Counted from the first letter of the stretch, positions 39,222 through 48,232 are shown. The stretch: 64,000 nt of DNA from an uncultured Bacteroidaceae bacterium (GCA_964528675.1 CAZGTU010000001.1:12679-76678), one strand, 5' to 3'. Translations and numbers: made by a program. Notes: a model not told the origin generated them from the letters alone.

Positions 39222-40163
39222 TCAGTTTTCGTTAAGTAGTTTCTGAGCAGTTATATTATCGGTAATGAGTACGTTTACAAGATTGGCTTTTGCCACTGCC
39301 CTGAGGACTTCATATTTCTCATCTCCTCCGGCTATTCCGATTATTCTTGGTATTGCCCTGAGCTCTTGCGAGCTAATCCCAACTACTCTGTCATCGAGCG
39401 GAGTTGAAATGAACTCTCCCTTCCTATTAAAAAACCTGAGCGAAATATCACCCACGGCCCCGGCTTTTTTAATCTGATTGAATTCTTCAGCACTTAAAAT
39501 ATTATTATCCCTTATAAGCTGGGAATCTTTATCAAACAAACCAATTCCCACAACAGCAATATCGGCATTCACAGCCATATTCAAGGTATCCTTCACCTGT
39601 ATGTCATTTTTCAGCTCCTTGCAAATCCCTGAAGTTTTCACTATTCCCGGTGAATGGATCAGCCAGGGCCTGGTTCCAAAGTTTTGGGCCATCCGGCGTG
39701 TAAGATCTGCACCATGGTAACCGGACTGAGGCTGACCGAGTCCGCCAAGCATTTGCACCACTTTAAGATCCGGATAATTCTGCACCGGCAAATTATCCAC
39801 AAGGCTCAATAAAGAACGCCCCCATGTAAGACCGATGATTTCATTCCCGGTGATAACTGACCTAAGGTACTCTGCTGCTTCAAAACCGGCTCTGCTAATC
39901 CAATTATCTGTATTATGATCCGGATTTTCAACAATAATAAGCTCATTCAATTGATATTTTTCTTCCAGTTCATGCTCCAGTTCAATATAAGGATTATCAG
40001 GTTCAACAATCTTTATCTGAACGATCTTCTCCTTTTGCGCTTTTGCGAGCAAACGGGAAACTTTGATCCTGGATATTCCATAACGATTGGCAATAGCCTG
40101 CTGCGTCATACCTTTCTCGTAATAAGCCCTTGCAACTTTATAAATAAGACTGTCAGAATTCAT
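39222..40163 (-). CDS. SorC/DeoR-type sugar-binding transcriptional regulator
   Basis: 313 aa. N-terminal HTH ([21 protein letters not shown]) plus a sugar-binding domain (GLTWGRS..., AVVGIG). First gene of the minus-strand operon. Confidence 0.85.
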   Translation of the reverse strand: MNSDSLIYKVARAYYEKGMTQQAIANRYGISRIKVSRLLAKAQKEKIVQIKIVEPDNPYIELEHELEEKYQLNELIIVENPDHNTDNWISRAGFEAAEYLRSVITGNEIIGLTWGRSLLSLVDNLPVQNYPDLKVVQMLGGLGQPQSGYHGADLTRRMAQNFGTRPWLIHSPGIVKTSGICKELKNDIQVKDTLNMAVNADIAVVGIGLFDKDSQLIRDNNILSAEEFNQIKKAGAVGDISLRFFNRKGEFISTPLDDRVVGISSQELRAIPRIIGIAGGDEKYEVLRAVAKANLVNVLITDNITAQKLLNEN

Positions 40164-40241
40164 TTGATCATTTGTTCGGTTTTGTTCATTTGAACATTCT
40201 TAGACAAATCTATGGGATATTATTTAGAAAAGCAAGGGGGG

Positions 40242-40311
40242 AAGAGGTAAGAAGTAAGAGGTAAGAGGTAAGAAGTAAGAAGTAAGAAGTAAGAAGTAAG
40301 GGGTAAGGGGT
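40242..40311. repeat. Tandem array of ten 7-nt units (AAGRRGT)
   Basis: Reads aagaggt aagaagt aagaggt aagaggt aagaagt aagaagt aagaagt aagaagt aaggggt aaggggt, head to tail. Lies 79-148 nt upstream of the SorC-regulator ATG at 40163 (minus strand). Confidence 0.9.
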
Positions 40312-40430
40312 GAGCATAGACCATGGACAATAGACCATGGAGGGAGGAGGTGAACAGTGAAGAGCCCTTCAACTGTCGCTCAGCGACCGGGTAGGAGTAA
40401 ACGGTGAAGGGTGAACAGTGAAGGGTAAAC
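40312..40430. repeat. Stutter island continuing from the heptamer array
   Basis: ATAGACCATGGA x2 (period 14), GGTGAACAGTGAAG x2 (40348 and 40408) and GTGAAGGGT words. C-poor on the plus strand. Confidence 0.6.
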
Positions 40431-41082
40431 AATCAAGGCATTCATAGCCAAATGAAGTAACTACCCCCCGGCCCCTAAAAGGCATACGTGTCAACTTAAG
40501 CACAAACATTATGCGCAAGCGTAAGGTTTTGACCGCCGGTAACCGACGCGAAAGCCAGTACAATGGTAAGCGGGAACAATTCTCCTGTTACCCTCTCCGG
40601 GTGATACGGCCCCGCCGTGGCGGACTTTTATCTAACTACTTTCTGTAAATCCTTTATATATTTCAGACAATTTTATCCGTTTTGGTTCAGTATTATGTTT
40701 CAATACTTTAATCAGCTTTAATTCTAATCAGCTTTAATTCTTCCAAATCGTGCAAAATCCCCAAAGCCTTCCTGTTGGTTAACTCTATAAGTATCGTGTT
40801 TTTCATGGGTCTATTCATTTAACGTGCAACAAGCTTTGAATTTTTGTTTTAGCGATATACGCATCTATTAAAGAATAGTACAATTTTTTTATCTTCTGTT
40901 TAAACGTTTTTGCACATTTTTAGTCAAAAACAATCTATGAAAGTATGCTAATCCTTTAGGAATTACTAGTGTTTAATATCCATCCCGAAGCAAATTCAGC
41001 GAATTCTCCAAAAAAATATCCAATATACCCACCTTAGATCCACTAAATTTCATAAATTTATACAAATCAAATACTTCCACTC

Positions 41083-41622
41083 ATGAAAACCACAATTTGG
41101 ACAGGCATTTTAGTTTTCATCGGATGGGCAATCTTCAGCAATTACTGGTATGTGTGTAAAATCAAAGATCTTTGTGGAGATGAGCTTACCGCCGTCACCG
41201 CAATGGATGAATCCAGCACCCTGCCAGATACGACTGCTGAACAACGCAGAGCTGAAGAAGAGGCAGAAAAAGAAGCCGCCCTTATCCGTTCCATTGAACA
41301 AACCGTCATTTACTTTGCTTTCGATTCATCCTATGTGCTGAATCAAAGTCAGCTCAGTAATCTTACCCGCGAAGTAAACACTCTCTCTCCCGGACTTGTC
41401 GTACTGGAAGGTCACTGTTGCAATATTGGCACAGAAACCTATAATATGGAACTGGGACAGCGAAGAGCCGACCGTGTTAGAAGAGCTCTCGTTGATCAGG
41501 GAATATCTCCGCAAAACATCTCCACCATTTCTTACGGTGAAGAACAACCTGCAATTCCCAATACCAGTGAGGAAAACCGTGAAAAAAACCGAAGGGTTGA
41601 AATCATCATTAAAGAAAAATAA
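41083..41622 (+). CDS. OmpA-family peptidoglycan-binding protein with N-terminal membrane anchor
   Basis: 179 aa with one N-terminal TM helix. The C-terminal OmpA_C-like domain ends in NRRVEI. Confidence 0.8.
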   Translation: MKTTIWTGILVFIGWAIFSNYWYVCKIKDLCGDELTAVTAMDESSTLPDTTAEQRRAEEEAEKEAALIRSIEQTVIYFAFDSSYVLNQSQLSNLTREVNTLSPGLVVLEGHCCNIGTETYNMELGQRRADRVRRALVDQGISPQNISTISYGEEQPAIPNTSEENREKNRRVEIIIKEK

Positions 41623-41627
41623 ATACC

Positions 41628-42266
41628 ATGGAAAAATTAAGCGCCATTTTTCAGATCTCAATTTTGTTAATTGTTGCATTTCTTATCGGAATAGTAATGA
41701 CATGGGTGTATTGGCGGATAAAATACCGGAAGTTAAAAGATGAAACCGAACAGAAAGCAAAGGAACAGGAAAGACTCCGCATGGAATTGCAGCAAAGCAT
41801 CGATCAACTTAGCACCGATAACAGGGAATTAAAAGAAGAGCTGGAAGAAGTCAGAGATAAGAATATTCTTCTTATGAAGGAATATGTCCCCAGTAAGCTT
41901 TATACCACCATAGTAAAAAATATGGGTGAAGGTGTCTCTGTAAGCGATGAAAACGGTTTCTTCCTGGTGTATAATCCTAAGCTTGAACAAATAACAGGTT
42001 TTACTCGCGAGGAGGCTAATAAACATAAAGACAAAATCTTCCTGAATTCAATCTATCCCGATGATGATATCCGGCAAAAAGTAGCAGAGGATATAGAAAA
42101 TATATCTGAGGCACAGGAGCATACTAATATTAAAACCACCATCACAACAAAGGACAACAAAAAAGTTCCTGTGCTTGTTACATCAACAGTGGTGAGCTAT
42201 TACGGCAAAAAGTATTATTTGTCGGTATTCAGAGATGTGTCGGAGGAGCCGAGGGTGGAGGAGTAG
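41628..42266 (+). CDS. Membrane-anchored coiled-coil / PAS domain protein
   Basis: 212 aa. N-terminal TM helix, a charged coiled coil and a C-terminal PAS-like fold (GEGVSVSDENGFFLVYNPKLEQITGFTREE). No output domain. The last codons enter a G-rich stutter island. Confidence 0.65.
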   Translation: MEKLSAIFQISILLIVAFLIGIVMTWVYWRIKYRKLKDETEQKAKEQERLRMELQQSIDQLSTDNRELKEELEEVRDKNILLMKEYVPSKLYTTIVKNMGEGVSVSDENGFFLVYNPKLEQITGFTREEANKHKDKIFLNSIYPDDDIRQKVAEDIENISEAQEHTNIKTTITTKDNKKVPVLVTSTVVSYYGKKYYLSVFRDVSEEPRVEE

Positions 42267-42425
42267 GATGATGTGGTGGGATAATGAGGGAATGGGAGTA
42301 GAGCCGATTATAGCAACCGGTCATCGAGCGGTGGTTGGTGAGCGGAGTCGAACTAAGTCGAGATGGGAGAATGTGGTAGGAGAATGTGGGGAGAGAACTT
42401 GGGGGGATGATTATAACAGTAGTTA
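42240..42425. repeat. Stutter island (G/A/T-rich, C-poor on the plus strand) starting inside the last codons of the PAS gene
   Basis: Repeated words GGAGGAG, GAGCGG, GTCGA and GGAGAATGTGG x2, plus several GGG tracts. Confidence 0.55.
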
Positions 42426-42445
42426 TTAACTAAATAATTAACATT

Positions 42446-42727
42446 ATGGACAAAAAAGATTACAAAAAAGAAGCGAAAAAGAGCATTGATGATATTTTCG
42501 CAAAAATTGACGAAATGGAAGCCAAAAAAGACAAGGCTGAAGGAAAAACCAAAGCTGAATACGAAGAAAAACTTAATCGGCTGAAGAAGAAGAAGCAAGA
42601 ACTTAAGGACAGGTATGACGAGCTTATCAACGCTTCCGATGAAAAGTGGAAGGAAGTAAAAAGCTCATTTTCTTCCGCAACCAATTCTTTTAAAGAGGGG
42701 CTTTCTGAGCTTAAATCTTTGATTTAA
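42446..42727 (+). CDS. Small Lys/Glu-rich coiled-coil protein, hypothetical
   Basis: 93 aa, highly charged with heptad-like periodicity. No family recognised. Confidence 0.4.
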   Translation: MDKKDYKKEAKKSIDDIFAKIDEMEAKKDKAEGKTKAEYEEKLNRLKKKKQELKDRYDELINASDEKWKEVKSSFSSATNSFKEGLSELKSLI

Positions 42728-42825
42728 TGCCCTGGAAACAAATCTCTTAAGGGCTTCATAAATAAACCTGGTTAAAATTAGGTGAAGCGGCATTTTATAC
42801 CCACTCACTGATACCCCTTCGCGCA

Positions 42826-44133
42826 ATGAAAAAACTATTTTTCTATTGGAATGAACTAAAAGCGACATTCTGGTTTATTCCTGTGGTAATTATTTTGGCC
42901 TCCATCCTATTATCAATAGGATTGGTATATGTGGACGGTCAGGTCAGCTTTTCCCTGGATGGCTATGGCCGTTTCTTTTTTGTGAACAGCTCTGATTCTG
43001 CCCGCAGTATTTTGTCAACTATATCAGGTGCAATGATAGGAGTAGCGGGAACTGTTTTTTCAGTTACGCTTGTAGCCTTAACCCTGGCATCTTCACAATT
43101 TGGCCCAAGGTTAATCAAAAATTTTATGTATATACGGCTTAATCAGATTGTATTGGGCTCATACATATCTACTTACCTCTATTGTCTTCTTGTATTGAAT
43201 GCCATTAAAAAAAGTAGCGATTACACGTTTATCCCTTCCATATCCATTCTTATAGCTATAGTTGCTGCCATTGTAAATATTATTTTACTTATCATATTTA
43301 TCCACCAGATCGCCATAAGCATTCAAGCAGATAAAGTAATCTCAGATATTTCAGGTTTTATTTCTAAACAGGTCGAAACCCTGTTCCCTGAAAAAATGGG
43401 AGAAGAATTGGAAAACGAAAAAAGCTACGATTCTGATAATCTCAAATCAAAATATGATACTTCTGTTTCTTTGAGATGTCCTGTAAGCGGTTATCTGCAA
43501 TATATTGACAGCAAATTATTAATGGAAACGGTAGCCAGCCAGGATATGCTTCTGGAATTATATTACAGACCGGGAGGATATATGGTGAAAGGTATGGAGA
43601 TTGGAAGAATACATGCACACGATGATCCGGATGAAGAAAAGGTAAAGAGTATTCTTCAACACCTGGTAATCGGAAAAACCAAAACGGCTCAGCAAGATCT
43701 CGAATTTTCCATTCATCAAATGGTTGAAATTGCAGCTCGGGCACTCTCACCGGGAATTAATGACCCATATACGGCTGTAGCATGTATTGATAATTTGACG
43801 GCTACAATGTGTTATCTGGCAGAAGTTAAATTTCCTTCAAGATACCGCATGGATGACGACAATAATTTACGAATTATTACTGACACAGTAGAATTTGAAG
43901 GTGTTTTAGATGCGGCATTTAATCAGATTCGACAATTTTCAACAGGAAGCACAGCCGTTATAATAAGATTGATGGAGGCCTTGATAACAATCGCAGAATT
44001 CACGAAAAAGAAAAGCTATAAAGAAGCAATCATCAAACACGCAACAATGGTTTTAAATACCGGCAAAGCATCAATCAAAGAAGAGAATGATCTTCAAGAC
44101 CTGAAAGTAAGAGCGAAAGAAATAATAGGATAA
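42826..44133 (+). CDS. DUF2254 family membrane protein
   Basis: 435 aa. Four N-terminal TM helices followed by a soluble domain containing RALSPGINDPYTA, as in DUF2254. Confidence 0.7.
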   Translation: MKKLFFYWNELKATFWFIPVVIILASILLSIGLVYVDGQVSFSLDGYGRFFFVNSSDSARSILSTISGAMIGVAGTVFSVTLVALTLASSQFGPRLIKNFMYIRLNQIVLGSYISTYLYCLLVLNAIKKSSDYTFIPSISILIAIVAAIVNIILLIIFIHQIAISIQADKVISDISGFISKQVETLFPEKMGEELENEKSYDSDNLKSKYDTSVSLRCPVSGYLQYIDSKLLMETVASQDMLLELYYRPGGYMVKGMEIGRIHAHDDPDEEKVKSILQHLVIGKTKTAQQDLEFSIHQMVEIAARALSPGINDPYTAVACIDNLTATMCYLAEVKFPSRYRMDDDNNLRIITDTVEFEGVLDAAFNQIRQFSTGSTAVIIRLMEALITIAEFTKKKSYKEAIIKHATMVLNTGKASIKEENDLQDLKVRAKEIIG

Positions 44134-44136
44134 TAA

Positions 44137-44241
44137 AGAATCAGTGGAACCATAAAATCATTAATGGTTGTTGACTATATAAATAATGTTCTTACTGATT
44201 TAAAAGAGATACACCGAATTAAAAACGGCTGGCTGAATTAG
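44137..44241 (+). pseudogene. 3'-terminal relic of a paralogue of the 2H-phosphoesterase-like gene at 48233-48754
   Basis: Translates to ..ISGTIKSLMVVDYINNVLTDLKEIHRIKNGWLN*. The DNA is clearly alignable to 48690-48754 (..IAGSIESLMVVDYTDDVLTDIKEVQLN*). No upstream remainder is present. Confidence 0.55.
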
Positions 44242-44578
44242 TCTCGCTACTGAGGGAACTTTTTGAGCAGCGTTAAAAAAGGACTGTTGTTTGAGTCGCT
44301 GAAGAAAAAGTATACGGTGAACAATCCCGGAATTCTTTCGGAAATTCCTGGTTATCAGCCTACTAACGCGTTGGCCAGTGCTTCTGTCACCGTATACTTT
44401 TCCGGCGGATCTCTAACCAAAATCCGGTTTTTTCTTATATTTGATATATGATTTTATTAAGATATAGACGCTTCTGATCAGTTCGGCCAGGATGTAAAAA
44501 CACATGATGGGGTTGAAAGTCAAACAGGTATTACCGGTGAAGCAGTAAATAACAATATAAATATCATTTCTATTAACA

Positions 44579-45442
44579 GTGGCATCGCAAATCAAGACAT
44601 TACTCTCAAAAAGATATCCGCAAAATTATATGGTCAGAAGGCCGTTTATGGGCACCCTGGTATTTTTGATTTTTGTTTTTTTATTCGTGATTATTTACCG
44701 TCCCTTTGAGGTGCATAGTGCACGTTCTTTCGGACTGTTCTTTACCATTTTTCTCTATTGCATAGCAATATCTGTCCCGGTTCTGTTTATTACATTTATC
44801 TTAAAACGGACAAACTGTTTCAACATTAGCAGGGATTGGAGTGTATCAAGTGAGTTACTTTCAGATATTATTATCCTGGTAACAATTGGTGTTGCAGCCT
44901 ATTTCGCAGGTTTTCTTATAGAAGGAGGAGACCGCTGGGATCTTCGAACATTTAATGATTCATTCACCAGAGCTCTGCTTATCGGGATAGTTCCTGTATT
45001 AATTCCGTCTTTATTTAACATACGTTATTTACTTGCACCGGAGATCCTTCATGAGTTTGCAGCTAACAGGAATTCTATTGAAAAAGAAAGCAAAGAGCAG
45101 CTAATACAGATTGAATCGAAAGCTAAAAAAGAAGATCTGAGCTTTTATCCGAACCAGTTTATATATGCCGAAGCTAAAGGCAACTATGTGGTTTTTCATC
45201 TTTTAATCGAGGATAAACCAGTTGAGGTTATGATAAGGAATTCCATCACCAATATCGAACAGCAGCTTTCAGGCACTCAGGATTTCTTAAGAATTCATCG
45301 TGCCTTCATTGTAAACTTAAAGAAAGTCCGTTCAAAACAGGGTAATACCCTCGGGTACCGACTTAAACTTGCCGGAAGCAATAATGTAATTCCTGTTTCG
45401 CGACAAAATATAAAACAGTTCGATCAAATGATGATGGAATAA
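44579..45442 (+). CDS. Membrane-anchored LytTR-domain DNA-binding protein
   Basis: About 287 aa (start codon uncertain; the track uses GTG). Four or five TM helices followed by a LytTR domain (FLRIHRAFIVNL). Confidence 0.75.
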   Translation: MASQIKTLLSKRYPQNYMVRRPFMGTLVFLIFVFLFVIIYRPFEVHSARSFGLFFTIFLYCIAISVPVLFITFILKRTNCFNISRDWSVSSELLSDIIILVTIGVAAYFAGFLIEGGDRWDLRTFNDSFTRALLIGIVPVLIPSLFNIRYLLAPEILHEFAANRNSIEKESKEQLIQIESKAKKEDLSFYPNQFIYAEAKGNYVVFHLLIEDKPVEVMIRNSITNIEQQLSGTQDFLRIHRAFIVNLKKVRSKQGNTLGYRLKLAGSNNVIPVSRQNIKQFDQMMME

Positions 45443-45605
45443 AGACCTAAGCATTCATCATAAAAAATTGTTTTTCGTACCAATTTCCTGACCCTGGATT
45501 CTTCAGGTTTTCCAACGGTCACAAATTCTTGCTGAATATCCCTGTAATTAGGATAATACATGGAATGTTCATCCATTTGTAATTGTAAAACCAAACACGA
45601 TTACA

Positions 45606-47984
45606 ATGGAAAATATGAAAAATTCAGCAGAAAGAATAAGAAAGTATTTAAGTATTACTCTCCTGGCCATCATCTCTTTTTCTTTTACCGGTCTCAATGC
45701 ACAGAATGAATCCTCAGTAAGAGGAACAATCATTGAAGAGAAAAGCAAACAGCCTGTTCCTTTTGCTACCGTTTGTCTTATGGATCATTCCACTGATTCA
45801 GATCCGGTTAATGCCGCGACAATAAGTGATGAAAACGGAGCTTTCAGGCTTGGCTCTCTTAAACCCGGCAAATACATTCTCCAGGTGCGTTCAATTGGAT
45901 ATAAAACTGGATCCAGATCAATAAATATTGAAGCTCCAGGGATTTTAGATGCCGGGGTTATAAGACTTCAGGATACAACATTGCTGATTGAAGAAGCTGT
46001 TGTGGTTGGGAAACGTCCTGCTGGTAAAACGGAAGAGGATAAAACTGTCTATTTCATCAATAGTAAAATTCTCGGCGCAACAGGAAATGCACCTGGCATG
46101 CTCAGACATATACCCGGTATACAGGTTGATCTAAAGCAAAACATTTACCTTGAAGGAAGCCGGGACATACTCATTTATGTTAATGGCATTGAACGGGATG
46201 AAAGCTATATCGGTCAGCTGGATCCTGCCCTGATAGAAAAGATAGAGATTATGAATACGCCTCCATCCGTTTATGACGGAGATGTTGAGGGTGTTATCAA
46301 TATAGTCTTGAAAAAAGATAAAAATGCAGGGATAAGTGGAAAATTTTTCACTGATATACCTACATCCAAATCCATAGTTTACTCTTTTCCTACCGCGAGT
46401 CTGAACTATGGTTATAATAATTTGAATTTACACCTCTCCTACAATGGCGAAATAAATTACGAAGATATTGATGAAACTACATACCGTGAGGTCCGAAAGG
46501 GTACATTGGAAACTGATATAACTTCCATTCAGCAGGTAAGGCAAAAGAATCTGTCACATAACCTTCATTACGGATTTGATTATTTTTTATCATCCCGGGA
46601 TATTATTAATCTATATGGTTCTTATAATCCCTATTCCTGGGAGCAGGATGGTAATGTCATGATCGAAACCACCGGAATGGAAAATCACAACTGGAATTTG
46701 CTGAAAGATGAAACCGACAGAAACATCAACACTTATAATTCACTCTATTACAAGCATCTATTCAATGAAAAGGGTAATGAAATAAGCATTGATATCAGCA
46801 GATCCTCTATTCTCTCAAGGAATACAACAACTTACCTGAATGAAGAAGAAACCGGTATCCCTGCTTATAAAAATACCCAAAAACCCGAGCAAAATTCCTC
46901 AACTATTAAAATCGATTTTAAATCACCCATTGGTCATAAATTTTCCATCAGCACCGGAACAAAGGCCAGATTTAAAACCATGCACGATGACTCAAATGAT
47001 TTCACTTACAGGCAACAGATCTTTGCCCTTTACGGCATAATGGGTTATAAGCATATGAAAAATGACTTCAACATAGGGGTACGTGCAGAAAAGTCTGTAT
47101 GGGAAGATATGAATGAAGCTGGCAAATCGATATCTTCGTTTTTACCCTATGCCAGCTTCAGCCATAAAATAAATTCCCGACAAAGCCTGGGTTTTTCCTA
47201 CCGGCGTTCAATAGACAGACCTTCAATTTATCTCCTTAATCCATATTCATACAAAGACGATCCATACACTATCAGCAAAGGCAATCCACTTTTGGATCCT
47301 GAACTGCGAAACAACCTGTATTTAGAACATTCAATTCAATTTCACGGGAATTATCTCTCAAGCAGGCTGTTCTATAGCAAAGCAAAGGATGCTATCAATA
47401 AGCTTCTCATTTTGAATGACACAAGTGCTTTCGAGACCCGGATGCATAATCTCGGAAACATTCACCGCTATGGAATAAAGTTATCAGGATCATTTAACTT
47501 CGGCCCTCTTACAATCAATTCCAACATTCAATTATATAAAATATCCACCCATGGTAATGACCTGGCCCGGGCACATGATATTGAAAACCGGTCTGATATG
47601 GTTCTGGAGTCAAGCCTTTCATCCATATTATCCCTTAAAAATAACTTTGCATTTTCGGCAATTTTTCAATACTCCACCCCTGAAATCAACATACAGGAAA
47701 AAACATTTTGCGATCCTCTTTATTTTATTTCCCTTGATAAGAGCTTTAAGAACAATATTAAAGCAGGAATAATGACAGCCTTGCCATTTAAAAAATCACT
47801 TGTTTACCAGGGATCCGAAATTGAAGAAGCTGATTTTAGCAGCTATTATACCGGAAACCTGAAGCTGCCGGTGGTTCCTGTCATGTTCAGGATCAGTTAT
47901 CAGTTCAATGCTGGTAAAGAAAGGACATTTATAAAGCGTGATAAAGTTGAGGTGGAAAAGAAGATGAAGTCCGGGTTAAAATAA
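45606..47984 (+). CDS. TonB-dependent-receptor-like outer-membrane beta-barrel protein with CarboxypepD_reg N-domain
   Basis: 792 aa with a signal peptide. Contains VRGTIIEEKSKQPVPFATV (carboxypeptidase regulatory-like domain), a plug-like region and a long beta-barrel ending in an aromatic-rich strand. Confidence 0.8.
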   Translation: MENMKNSAERIRKYLSITLLAIISFSFTGLNAQNESSVRGTIIEEKSKQPVPFATVCLMDHSTDSDPVNAATISDENGAFRLGSLKPGKYILQVRSIGYKTGSRSINIEAPGILDAGVIRLQDTTLLIEEAVVVGKRPAGKTEEDKTVYFINSKILGATGNAPGMLRHIPGIQVDLKQNIYLEGSRDILIYVNGIERDESYIGQLDPALIEKIEIMNTPPSVYDGDVEGVINIVLKKDKNAGISGKFFTDIPTSKSIVYSFPTASLNYGYNNLNLHLSYNGEINYEDIDETTYREVRKGTLETDITSIQQVRQKNLSHNLHYGFDYFLSSRDIINLYGSYNPYSWEQDGNVMIETTGMENHNWNLLKDETDRNINTYNSLYYKHLFNEKGNEISIDISRSSILSRNTTTYLNEEETGIPAYKNTQKPEQNSSTIKIDFKSPIGHKFSISTGTKARFKTMHDDSNDFTYRQQIFALYGIMGYKHMKNDFNIGVRAEKSVWEDMNEAGKSISSFLPYASFSHKINSRQSLGFSYRRSIDRPSIYLLNPYSYKDDPYTISKGNPLLDPELRNNLYLEHSIQFHGNYLSSRLFYSKAKDAINKLLILNDTSAFETRMHNLGNIHRYGIKLSGSFNFGPLTINSNIQLYKISTHGNDLARAHDIENRSDMVLESSLSSILSLKNNFAFSAIFQYSTPEINIQEKTFCDPLYFISLDKSFKNNIKAGIMTALPFKKSLVYQGSEIEEADFSSYYTGNLKLPVVPVMFRISYQFNAGKERTFIKRDKVEVEKKMKSGLK

Positions 47985-48023
47985 ATTATAGGCATTTTAT
48001 GAGAGATACACTTATCAGAGAAA

Positions 48024-48173
48024 ATGTCTATCTTTGAAAAAAGCACAGTAAAAATGAATAAAAGACTGGTCCTTAACCGAATAAAAAAAGCTATCCACGA
48101 AAAAGATCCCTGTACGAATACATATTTATTTGGTTCAAGAGCAAGGGGTGATAATCGTCCGGATTCAGATTGA
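48024..48173 (+). pseudogene. Truncated minimal nucleotidyltransferase (MNT-like) fragment
   Basis: A 49-codon ORF, MSIFEKSTVKMNKRLVLNRIKKAIHEKDPCTNTYLFGSRARGDNRPDSD*. It ends with TGA inside the GS-x9-DxD active-site motif. Confidence 0.5.
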
Positions 48174-48232
48174 AAGATAAGGCATATTTTCCAAAGAATT
48201 ACCTAAATCAGTTATACCATTAAATGTAAACC

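Noticed and set aside
40242-40430. The stutter islands as CRISPR arrays, or as DGR template/variable repeats.
   Set aside because: The units are 7-16 nt with no unique spacers of 25-40 nt. No cas genes, reverse transcriptase or paired ~100-bp TR/VR with A-specific differences occur in the window.
40441-40630. The GC-rich island as a group II intron domain V/VI remnant or a known riboswitch.
   Set aside because: I could not find the 34-nt domain-V helix with an AGC triad, or B12-box, TPP or SAM core sequences, by eye. No intron-encoded protein is nearby. It is kept as an unassigned structured-RNA candidate instead.
45606-47984. The TonB-dependent receptor as the SusC of a polysaccharide utilisation locus.
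   Set aside because: No SusD-like lipoprotein gene follows it. The neighbour is a LytTR regulator, and the N-terminal CarboxypepD_reg architecture fits the generic 'outer membrane beta-barrel family' more than SusC.
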